64,000 nucleotides of DNA. It comes from Deltaproteobacteria bacterium (lineage in GTDB: Bacteria > Myxococcota_A > Polyangia > Fen-1088). The notes under the pieces were generated by a model, which had not been told where the DNA came from, ran no database searches, and was given only the letters and a program-made list of their open reading frames with translations. Position numbers and translations under genes: made by a program. Each line of letters opens with the position of its first letter. The first letter of the stretch is position 1. The stretch is taken from assembly GCA_033763315.1 (NCBI GenBank), contig JANRKS010000011.1, positions 64,001 through 128,000 on the forward strand, written 5' to 3'. Below, piece by piece: positions 26,165 through 34,039 of this stretch.

Positions 26165-27655
26165 ATGGTTGTGCGTGTGGCTCCGGGGCAGGTGCGGTTC
26201 GTGCTGCCCGCCCTCAGCGTTGACGCCCGTGGTGTGGCGCAGGGCCGCGACCTGGCGTTGCGCTTTTCCACGATGGAGCGGCTGGTGACGTTCCTGCGCT
26301 TCGTGAGTGCAGACGTGGGGCTGGACGAGCTGGGTGCGAGCCTCCGACTCCGCTTTGCGCGCGCGGCACATGGCACCCGCGAGTTGTTGCTGTTGATCGA
26401 ACAAGTGTCGCCGCACGTGGTGGATGTTGTGGTCCAATCGGCACGCGCGGCACAGGGCCAGGGTTATACGGGTACGGGACGCCACTTCGTGTCGATGCGG
26501 GACGCACAATCCCCTTTGGGTTACGACGTGGAAACCGTATCAAGCCAGCCCGGCGATCTTGTGCTTTACGGTGGCGATCAACCCACGGCTTATACCTTCG
26601 ATGGCGAGCTCACGTTGCAGCAGCTTTTGCTGCGGCTTGAACTGCAGCGTTTGCAGGCCGGACCCGAGAGTTTGAGCCCGCGCAAAATGCCGCCGCTCTT
26701 GTACGTCACCGTCCGGCAAGGGTTGGGGCCTGCGCTGGTGCAAGCGCTTGCCCACGCTGGCGTGCGCGCATGGGCCGCATTGATCGAGCCTCCGGCTTCC
26801 ACCAGTGGGGCCCTGACCGAGCCGCGTTTATGGTTGCTTCGCATCGAACAAGCCCCGGCGCGGTTGTGGGGCTTGTTCGCCCATACGCCTGGTGTCACCA
26901 CCTTCGTGCCCGTGAGTGACAACGTGCTCGTGGCCACGGGCTTTCGTCATCCGGTGCACCTTGATTCATGTCGAGGCGTCTTCGCCGATGATCGTTTGGT
27001 GTTGTTTGCGCCGCCGCCCCAAGCCCCGCGTGTGATCATGCCCGCGCCCAAGTTGCTGCCGATCGACGATCTGGTGCGTCTGCCGATGGCGCTGACGCAG
27101 GCGACGCGCCCTTTACCCACGCCAGCGTCTTCAACGCATATCGAATTGCATACAGAACTGCGCTTGGTGCGCGTGCCCCCTCGCGCCGAAGGCCCGGCCG
27201 CGAGCCTCGTGCCATGGTCGCAAACCGCGTGGATCAAACGCATCGCCGCCGGGCTGCCGCAGCCAGCGTTGGCGAATTATCGCATCGCCGCTTTGCCACA
27301 AGGTTTGCTGGTCGTGGGCAGCTTGCAATGGTTTCCCTTCGGCACGCTGCTCACAGCGGCAGCGCGTGGCGTGTTGGTGCCCGTGGGCTTCGCGTTGCGA
27401 CCGGCCGTTTCGCAAAGCTTGCTCGAAGAGCGCCTTGGCACGTCCGACGGCAGCCTGGTGGTTTTTCGATCGCCTGATGAAGCACCGTTTCGTGTGGCCG
27501 GTGGCGATCTGGTGCCGCTTCAATCACATGTGCTCGGCGTGACAACGGTGGTGCGCCAAGAGCCGCTGCTTGATCTGCAAGCTGACGATGAACGAGCGGC
27601 GCCGGAGATCCGTTATGAAAATTCGTTCGCGATGCCTTTGTGGGGGCGGCGGTAA
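26165..27655 (+). CDS. Uncharacterised protein, possible MoxR ternary-system component
   Basis: 496-aa ORF with RBS, first gene of the MoxR operon; family only recalled (fvmX7-like), unverified. Confidence 0.6.
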   Translation: MVVRVAPGQVRFVLPALSVDARGVAQGRDLALRFSTMERLVTFLRFVSADVGLDELGASLRLRFARAAHGTRELLLLIEQVSPHVVDVVVQSARAAQGQGYTGTGRHFVSMRDAQSPLGYDVETVSSQPGDLVLYGGDQPTAYTFDGELTLQQLLLRLELQRLQAGPESLSPRKMPPLLYVTVRQGLGPALVQALAHAGVRAWAALIEPPASTSGALTEPRLWLLRIEQAPARLWGLFAHTPGVTTFVPVSDNVLVATGFRHPVHLDSCRGVFADDRLVLFAPPPQAPRVIMPAPKLLPIDDLVRLPMALTQATRPLPTPASSTHIELHTELRLVRVPPRAEGPAASLVPWSQTAWIKRIAAGLPQPALANYRIAALPQGLLVVGSLQWFPFGTLLTAAARGVLVPVGFALRPAVSQSLLEERLGTSDGSLVVFRSPDEAPFRVAGGDLVPLQSHVLGVTTVVRQEPLLDLQADDERAAPEIRYENSFAMPLWGRR

Positions 27656-28836
27656 GCGTGCGGCCCTTCCTGGGTCATTTTGTGCTTCCCTTGGTGGCAG
27701 GCGGCCCGATGGATGTGGCGCGACCCGTGTGGCCCAAAGCGTTCAGCGCATTGGCGTTGGATTTGCCGAATGCGGCGCCTGGCTTGGTGCTGCGTGGGCA
27801 AGGCAACCCTCGGCTTGAGGCACAGGCGCAGGCGGCGGCCACCTTGCAGACCCACCGTTGGCAAATCGGGCGGCGGGTCTGGCCGGCCTTCTCGCCACCA
27901 CCTTTTGATGAAGCTTCCTTGCGGCTTGTTGTGGCTGTACACAATCTGTTCGCGCTTGGCCACCCTTCGATGCTGAACGCCTCGGCGCGCACGCGCGATG
28001 TGGTGATCGGGTTCGCCGTGGATCTCGCGCGCTTGGGCCCACCCCCCGCGGTTGCGGCTGCGGTTGAGCGCTACACCTTGTTCAGCCGCTTTGGCGACAT
28101 TGAACGCAACGAATACCAAGTGCGAAATTGGCTGGGGGTCCGGCATTTCGTCGGGCGCGCGCCGCCGCCGCGGCTTTCACAGTGGGCAAAGTTGCGCAAG
28201 GTGCAGGTGTCGCACCAGAAGCGCAATTGGTTGCGTGACGTGGGCGTGCCCAACGACGCCCGCCGCTTGTGGGAAACGTTGGCAGAAGCCAACCCGTTGA
28301 TGGAAGCCATGTCGCCCGCGCGCTTAGATCCTCCGGTTTCATGGGATCATTTGTTCGGCGTGTTGCGCTTCACGCCCCTGGCGCGCGCGGTGGCGGCGCA
28401 GCTGGTGGGGCAGGGGCTTGCGATGGCTGTTGAACCTCTGGCCACGGCTTTGTTTCTTCACTGCACGGCCAAAGAGGGCACCAAACCCGCGGCGACGCCT
28501 GAGGCGGCCGTCTTTGGTGTGACGTTCTTGGCGCATGTCTATTGGTTGCATCTGCTCACGCGTGCGGCGGGCGATGCGGGACCGGCGTTAACGGCCTTGC
28601 TCGCGGCTGCGGCGGAAGAGCCACGTTTGGTTGTGCCGTCGGATGTGGCCGCGACGGCGCATGCACAGCCCTTGGTCGACTTGTTTCAAGTCCGCTTGGG
28701 CGCGCTTCGGCAGCGGGCGCGCGGGTCAGCGGCGTTTGCGCAAGAAGCGCAGGCCACGGTGGCCATGGCGAAACGAGGCTTGCCGGCGGAACCGCGGCCG
28801 CAGGGATCGATGTCAATCCAAGCAACTGCTGTATAG
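27640..28836 (+). CDS. Uncharacterised helical protein, possible MoxR ternary-system component
   Basis: Overlaps the upstream stop; W.G...F.G..PP.RL..W..LR.V motif (fvmX6-like by recollection). Confidence 0.6.
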   Translation: MGAAVSVRPFLGHFVLPLVAGGPMDVARPVWPKAFSALALDLPNAAPGLVLRGQGNPRLEAQAQAAATLQTHRWQIGRRVWPAFSPPPFDEASLRLVVAVHNLFALGHPSMLNASARTRDVVIGFAVDLARLGPPPAVAAAVERYTLFSRFGDIERNEYQVRNWLGVRHFVGRAPPPRLSQWAKLRKVQVSHQKRNWLRDVGVPNDARRLWETLAEANPLMEAMSPARLDPPVSWDHLFGVLRFTPLARAVAAQLVGQGLAMAVEPLATALFLHCTAKEGTKPAATPEAAVFGVTFLAHVYWLHLLTRAAGDAGPALTALLAAAAEEPRLVVPSDVAATAHAQPLVDLFQVRLGALRQRARGSAAFAQEAQATVAMAKRGLPAEPRPQGSMSIQATAV

Positions 28837-28849
28837 TCTGAATTCACTG

Positions 28850-30061
28850 ATGAGCGCTTCTGCCTTGCCTCCTGATCCCGCGTCCCCCACCGGCGAAGGC
28901 GTTCGCTTGGGTGGCAAGCTGCGCGAAGTGGCGCGGGCGTTGGACGATCGCTTTTTGGGCCGCGGTGAGGTGGTGCGGCTGCTGTTGGTGTGTTTGGTGG
29001 CCGGCGAACATATGCTGATCGTGGGCCCGCCGGGCACAGCGAAATCCGCACTGCTTCGGCATCTGTCACGCTTGGTGGACGCGCGCTTCTTTGAGTATTT
29101 GCTCACACGCTTTTCGGAGCCCAGCGAGATCTTCGGCCCGGTGGACATCAAGGCCTTTCGCGATGGCACATACGTGCGCCGGACGGAATCGATGCTGCCT
29201 GAAGCCGAGATCGTGTTTCTCGACGAGATCTTCAAAGCCAACTCGGCCATCCTGAACTCACTGTTATCGATCCTGAACGAGCGGCGCTTCTTCGTGGGCA
29301 GCGAACGTCGCAAGGTGCCGCTGTGTTCATTGTTTGGCGCCACCAACGAAGTGCCCAACGACGACGCGTTGGGAGCCCTCTTTGATCGCTTCTTGATCCG
29401 AGCGGTGGCCGACAACCTCGACAGTTATCACTTCGCCGGTCTCATCGAACGCGGCATTCGCAACGAGATCGCGGAAACCTCGGGCAGCGACGCGCGGCTT
29501 GTGCCGTTGCTGCGCCTGCAAGACATTCGCACCGTGCAGTCGCACCTTGAGCAGATGCTGCGCTTTCCCGATGATTTTCTTGTACGCTACAAGGCTCTGG
29601 TTTCGCAGATCCGCGCCGAGGGCGTCACGCTTTCCGATCGCCGCGTGGTCAAGCTTCTGAAGCTGTTCGTCGCCAACGCTTTGATGGATGGGCGGACGCA
29701 GGTGGATGAAAGTGATTTCTTCATTCTGAAGCACGTGTGGAACAGCGTGGATCAGGTGCCGCTGCTAGGTGAAATCGTTGATCCGGTCTTGGAGCGCCAC
29801 TACCGCGAACATCCGGAGGCGCGGCGCCTGGACGTTGGCGTGGCCGATCTCGACACGCTGCTCTCAGAGCTGTCGGCGATTCGGGGGCTCTTGTTGGGCG
29901 GAGATCAGCTTTCAGACGTCATGCTGTTTTCGCAGCTGCGCAACCTTCAGGACATCAGGGCCGCCTTGCAGGCCATTGACACAGACCCCGCCCGCCGTAT
30001 GGTCAGCGAAGTGGATAACTTGCTTGAAGGCGTATTCGAGTCCTCACGATGGAACGGATAA
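28850..30061 (+). CDS. MoxR/RavA-family AAA+ ATPase
   Basis: GPPGTAKS, YLLTRFSEPSEIFGP, FLDEIFKANSAILNSLL, ALFDRF, SDRR. Confidence 0.92.
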   Translation: MSASALPPDPASPTGEGVRLGGKLREVARALDDRFLGRGEVVRLLLVCLVAGEHMLIVGPPGTAKSALLRHLSRLVDARFFEYLLTRFSEPSEIFGPVDIKAFRDGTYVRRTESMLPEAEIVFLDEIFKANSAILNSLLSILNERRFFVGSERRKVPLCSLFGATNEVPNDDALGALFDRFLIRAVADNLDSYHFAGLIERGIRNEIAETSGSDARLVPLLRLQDIRTVQSHLEQMLRFPDDFLVRYKALVSQIRAEGVTLSDRRVVKLLKLFVANALMDGRTQVDESDFFILKHVWNSVDQVPLLGEIVDPVLERHYREHPEARRLDVGVADLDTLLSELSAIRGLLLGGDQLSDVMLFSQLRNLQDIRAALQAIDTDPARRMVSEVDNLLEGVFESSRWNG

Positions 30062-30075
30062 CGTCCCGCCCGCCC
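29954..30075 (+). repeat. Direct repeat, copy 1 (3' end of MoxR gene plus junction)
   Basis: Aligns with 30801-30924; the core 29972-30075 differs by 3 substitutions and a 2-bp indel. Confidence 0.95.
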
Positions 30076-30084
30076 GCGCTTGCC

Positions 30085-30462
30085 TCAGGGACGAAACGGC
30101 CGCAGGTCCAGTTCCTTGATAACTTTGAAATGCTTGACGTTTGAGGTCGACAGGGGCTTGCCAAATTCCACGGCGGTGGCTGCGATGATGGCATCACCAG
30201 CGCGCATGGACGCTGCTAAACCATATTCCTCCACGTACACAAGGGCTCGGTGGCCGATGTCTTCCGATAGCGGCAGCACGGTGAATTCGAGCTCGAACAA
30301 GAACTTTCGGATCACGCGCAATTCAGTCTTGTCTTTCGCCCCCTGCATTAGCTCCATGAGGGACTGGACTGAAATAAATCGCTCTTTGGCGTCGTCGATG
30401 GTTCGCGCGGCCTTGACCGATCCTCGTTGGGCGAAGATCAAAACATCGGTATCAAAGATCAC
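30085..30462 (-). CDS. vapC: PIN-domain toxin (VapC family)
   Basis: IFDTDVLI, S..EL..G, DAIIAATA, T.N.KHF. Confidence 0.92.
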   Translation of the reverse strand: MIFDTDVLIFAQRGSVKAARTIDDAKERFISVQSLMELMQGAKDKTELRVIRKFLFELEFTVLPLSEDIGHRALVYVEEYGLAASMRAGDAIIAATAVEFGKPLSTSNVKHFKVIKELDLRPFRP

Positions 30463-30691
30463 GGTGTCGTCCGCCGCGCAGGTCGTTCATGATGGCTTCA
30501 ACGCTTGCCTTTGCCTTGGCGTGCATCCCGAAAAATTCTGTGTCCTTGACCTTGCTGGTCGCCAAAGGGGCTGCAGGCACGATGCGCCCTTTAATCTTGC
30601 CGCGATGATGAACCGCAACCGTCTCACGTCTTTCAAGGGCCTCGAGAACCTTTTTCGTTTTGTAGCGAAGGTCTAGAATCGTTGCGTTCAT
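30452..30691 (-). CDS. Type II antitoxin (Phd/YefM-like)
   Basis: 79 aa, overlaps the toxin start; DLR....VL.ALE..E.V.V..RGK pattern. Confidence 0.8.
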   Translation of the reverse strand: MNATILDLRYKTKKVLEALERRETVAVHHRGKIKGRIVPAAPLATSKVKDTEFFGMHAKAKASVEAIMNDLRGGRHRDL

Positions 30692-30705
30692 TGTGCACCC
30701 CTAAA

Positions 30706-30724
30706 TGTCTACTTACTATAGACA
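30706..30724. promoter_or_regulatory. Inverted repeat upstream of the antitoxin, probable TA operator
   Basis: TGTCTA-CTTACTA-TAGACA, 14 nt before the antitoxin ATG. Confidence 0.6.
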
Positions 30725-30800
30725 CTACCGCAGGGTCCAACAACCCACACCTTGGCTCGCTGCCGGAGCCGCAAATGACGCGCATCGCAACCCGCTGGTG

Positions 30801-30924
30801 ATCCGGACCGCTTCACAAGCCATTGACACAGACCCGGCCCGCCGTATGGTCAGCGAAGTGGATCACTTGCTTGAAGGCGTATTCGAGTCCTCACGATGGA
30901 ACGGATAAAACGTCCTGCCCGCCC
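30801..30924 (+). repeat. Direct repeat, copy 2 (MoxR 3' remnant plus methyltransferase start)
   Basis: Encodes IRTASQAIDTDPARRMVSEVDHLLEGVFESSRWNG*, against IRAALQAIDTDPARRMVSEVDNLLEGVFESSRWNG* in copy 1. Confidence 0.95.
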
Positions 30925-32731
30925 ACCAAGGGCACGAACCGACGATAAAGGTCCACCTCAAGCAGCTCAAGGTCGACCGCCCTCGCGTGGCCGTGACGAC
31001 AATGGTCCGCTTGGCCGCCCCGATCGGCCCGCTTACAGCGGCCGCGATGATCGCGGTGGACCGCCTCGTGGGCGTCCGGATCGCCCGGCGTTTGTGGGCC
31101 GAGATGATCGAGGCCCTCCCCGTGATCGGCCTGCCTATGGTGGTCGCGATGACCGTGCTGGGCGCCCGGATCGCCCGGCTTTTGCTGGACGTGACGAGCG
31201 TGGACCTCGGTCTGGGTATGGTGGCCGCGATGACCGTGGCGGGCCTCCACGTGGGCGCCCGGATCGACCCTCGTACGGTGGCCGTGATGATCGTGGCGCT
31301 CCCCGAGATCGGGCCGACCGCCAAGTGGTGCATGGTCCGGCGCCTTTTCGCGGCCGTGACGAGATGCCGCAGGGCAGCCGTGGCCCCGCTTCACGTTTTC
31401 CCGCTGATATGCCCCGCCGGGGCTTCGTGCAAGGGCCTCGCGGGCCCCGTCACCGCAGCTTCGATTCTAATCCTGATCTGGTGATGCAGGATGAGGACTC
31501 TTATGACGACGCGCCCTCAGCGCCTGAACGACGTGCGTTTTCCACCTGGGAAGGCCCCGTCACCACGGGCGGTGATCGCGCGCTGGCCGCGCCCTTGCGT
31601 TCGTTGTTCGCGCTTGATCCCGAGCAAAACCGATCGCTGACGCACGGGTTTCATCCCTACGCGGCGCGCATGCCGCCCTCGTTGGCCAACCAAGCGATTG
31701 CACTTTGGTCGAAGCCTGGCGAGACGGTCGTGGACCCATTCATGGGCAGCGGCACGGTGTTGGTCGAAGCGTTTGCTCAAGGCCGCAAAGCGGTGGGCAA
31801 CGACGCAAGCCCGCTGGCGGTGATGATCGCCACCACGCGCACAACACTGCTTTCACGTGAAGAGGCCGCAGCCTTGGTGATCGCTGGGCAGGCCATCGCC
31901 ACTGAAGCCGAGGATCGCGCGCGCCGCCGGCAAAAGTTGCCAAGCATTGCGCCGTGGGCGCGTTTGCAACACGCGAACTTTCATCCACACGTTTTCCTGG
32001 AACTTTACGGCTTGCGTGGCCTGGTGTTCGATTGGAAGGGCCCTGAGAATCTGTCGCGCGCCCTGCGCCTGTGTTTCTCGTCGATTTTGGGCAAGTTCAT
32101 GGCCCAAGGCGATGCAGCGCCTCGCGATGGGCACAAAAAGCGCATCGGTCGTGGCGTGCCCTCAAACTTCTTTGGCCGCCGCGTGAACGAGTTGGTGTCG
32201 CAACTTGAGTCGTTGCGAGCCGACGTGCCCGAGGGCACCCCCGCGCCGCGCATTCACCAAGGCGACGCACGCGAACTTAAGCCCATCAAATCAGCTTCGG
32301 CAAACTTGGTGCTCACGTCGCCGCCTTATGCCGGCGTTTATGACTACGGCGCGATCCACGCCAGCCGCTTCGCGTGGTTGGGCCTCGATCCACGCCCGCT
32401 GTATGCCAAGCAAGTGGGCGTGCGCGCCCGGGGCCTCGGCGCTGAACCGGGCGCGTGGGAGCAAGCCCGCAAGGCTTGGTTGTCGCAAATCGCCCGCGTG
32501 TTGGTGCCCGGCGGCCATGCGATCGTCGTCGTGGGTGATGGTGTTGTGGGCGAGAACGCCGAAAACGTACAATCGGCCATCTGGGCTGTGGCGCCCGAGG
32601 TGGGCCTCACGCCCCTGGCCTTCGCTAGCCAACCACGCCCCAGCCACGACAAACGCATCCGCGACATCTTCGGCGACGTCCCAAGGCGCGAACACGTGCT
32701 TGTGCTCCGCAAAGACGAGCCAAAGGTGTAG
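30896..32731 (+). CDS. Orphan amino-methyltransferase (N4-C/N6-type) with Arg/Gly/Asp repeat N-terminus
   Basis: HGFHPYAARM, VDPFMGSGT (motif I), LVLTSPPY (motif IV). Confidence 0.8.
   Translation: MERIKRPARPPRARTDDKGPPQAAQGRPPSRGRDDNGPLGRPDRPAYSGRDDRGGPPRGRPDRPAFVGRDDRGPPRDRPAYGGRDDRAGRPDRPAFAGRDERGPRSGYGGRDDRGGPPRGRPDRPSYGGRDDRGAPRDRADRQVVHGPAPFRGRDEMPQGSRGPASRFPADMPRRGFVQGPRGPRHRSFDSNPDLVMQDEDSYDDAPSAPERRAFSTWEGPVTTGGDRALAAPLRSLFALDPEQNRSLTHGFHPYAARMPPSLANQAIALWSKPGETVVDPFMGSGTVLVEAFAQGRKAVGNDASPLAVMIATTRTTLLSREEAAALVIAGQAIATEAEDRARRRQKLPSIAPWARLQHANFHPHVFLELYGLRGLVFDWKGPENLSRALRLCFSSILGKFMAQGDAAPRDGHKKRIGRGVPSNFFGRRVNELVSQLESLRADVPEGTPAPRIHQGDARELKPIKSASANLVLTSPPYAGVYDYGAIHASRFAWLGLDPRPLYAKQVGVRARGLGAEPGAWEQARKAWLSQIARVLVPGGHAIVVVGDGVVGENAENVQSAIWAVAPEVGLTPLAFASQPRPSHDKRIRDIFGDVPRREHVLVLRKDEPKV
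30989..31365 (+). repeat. Coding tandem peptide repeats GRD(D/E)(R)G
   Basis: Eight GRD(D/E) units with RPDRP(A/S)(Y/F) spacers and synonymous variation. Confidence 0.85.
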
Positions 32732-32880
32732 GGGGCGGCGCCGGTCCACCCGCTGAGATGGCCGCAGGTCATCGGCACTCGCTCGTGATACTCTGGGAAC
32801 GTGTCTGGAGCCTTTGGCACCGCGGCCAACCTGTCCGTGTTTCAGCGGGAACAATCATCGATGATGGTCCAGGTGAACAC

Positions 32881-33138
32881 ATGAGATACATGTTGCTTTG
32901 TGCCTTGAGCCTGATCCTGCTCAACGGCTGCCAAAGGCACCCGCCGGTTAAGGCTGCAGATCTCCAGGACGAGGATGCGATGTGGCGTGAACTCTTGGCC
33001 TCGATCGACGGGGAGCACGCTGTCATCTCCATCACGACGATTTGCGGTCCCCACTGTGAGGAATCCTCGATGGCGCTCTTCGACAGCTCGAAGGGCAAAT
33101 GGCGCCTCGTGAGCCGAAAAGTTGTCTCAGTGACTTAA
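32881..33138 (+). CDS. Short lipoprotein, possibly an internally deleted remnant
   Basis: Lipobox LNGC, CGPHC motif, only 85 aa. Confidence 0.45.
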   Translation: MRYMLLCALSLILLNGCQRHPPVKAADLQDEDAMWRELLASIDGEHAVISITTICGPHCEESSMALFDSSKGKWRLVSRKVVSVT

Positions 33139-33161
33139 CCCACGCTATCCGACGATTGATG

Positions 33162-33551
33162 TCATGCCCACTGCACGCGGACATCTGGGTAGCGAGTAAA
33201 GATCCTGTCCCGAGAAATCAGCTCGGCACTGTGTTCGATCGCAGTGGCGATGATGATACGGTCGATCGGGTCGCGGTGGATCTCGGGCAGAGCCGCCGAT
33301 CTTGCGGCGATGGTCGGAGTCAACGGCAGCAAACCAATGCGCGACCCTTCCAATGCAAGTTTCAGAAAATCAGTTATCGGCAAGGGAAGGGCAATACGCC
33401 TTTTCTTCTCAAGCCAAGCGACTTCAAGGCATGAAACCGCCGACACAGACACAGTGTCACTGGCATCGATTCTTTGCTTTACCGCATCGGGGAGGTCAAC
33501 GGTGTTGCCTTGTATCCACCAAAGCCAGGCATGAGTGTCGAGGACTATCAC
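33162..33551 (-). CDS. vapC: PIN-domain toxin (VapC family)
   Basis: VLDTHAWLWW, S..EV, HRDPIDRIIIATA, SRD. Confidence 0.92.
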   Translation of the reverse strand: MIVLDTHAWLWWIQGNTVDLPDAVKQRIDASDTVSVSAVSCLEVAWLEKKRRIALPLPITDFLKLALEGSRIGLLPLTPTIAARSAALPEIHRDPIDRIIIATAIEHSAELISRDRIFTRYPDVRVQWA

Positions 33552-33575
33552 GATGCACAAACGTACGCGGGTTTA

Positions 33576-33800
33576 TTAGGATCCGATCGTCCAATCGTCT
33601 TCATCGATCGCTGGCCCCATCACGTCCCCGAGGATCTGAAGATTGGCAACACCGGCTGCAGGCTTTCGCTTCGCAGTGGCCGGCGGAAGATTCTCCAACA
33701 CCAGGAAGATGGCCTCAACGCGGGCCAGTGGCGGCAGTGCGGGGGTGCCTGTTAGTCGCCCTTGATCGTCGGTTTCCAAAAGGACGCGATGAGCTTCCAT
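33576..33800 (-). CDS. Putative antitoxin
   Basis: 74 aa directly upstream of the PIN gene; RKP...GD..P..EDDW C-terminus typical of VapC partners. Confidence 0.7.
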   Translation of the reverse strand: MEAHRVLLETDDQGRLTGTPALPPLARVEAIFLVLENLPPATAKRKPAAGVANLQILGDVMGPAIDEDDWTIGS

Positions 33801-33806
33801 GATGAT

Positions 33807-33816
33807 GTAACGTTAC
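33807..33816. promoter_or_regulatory. Perfect palindrome upstream of the antitoxin, probable operator
   Basis: GTAACGTTAC, 6 nt before the ATG. Confidence 0.45.
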
Positions 33817-34039
33817 CATGTTCTGGTCGAGGAATGAGTGACGCCGGCACTCGATAGCGGACCGGCGGCGTTTGACCCGATGCGTGAGCTGCGCAGCTCA
33901 TGGGTCCCATCAAGCTACCTTTGTGCGCGATGATTGGACGGCCCAATGTTCTCAAGACCACCGGGCCACGGAGTGGACGCTCACGCGCGGCGGCGGGGTG
34001 CCCGTCAATAGAGCCGTCGTGCTACGAGGGGCCTTGAGC

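Noticed and set aside
30706-30724. TA operator as a member of the 18-bp sulfur operator family
   Set aside because: It shares TGTCTA/TAGACA half-sites but is 19 bp and sits where an autoregulatory TA operator is expected; likely coincidence.
30705-30908. 67-aa ORF ending like the MoxR protein
   Set aside because: By-product of repeat copy 2; its start lies in the TA operator and its N-terminal half has no coding signature.
30989-31365. Possible CRISPR or non-coding repeat array
   Set aside because: Units vary at synonymous positions, have variable period and stay in frame; no cas genes present.
30896-32731. Complete restriction-modification system
   Set aside because: No endonuclease or specificity subunit recognisable nearby.
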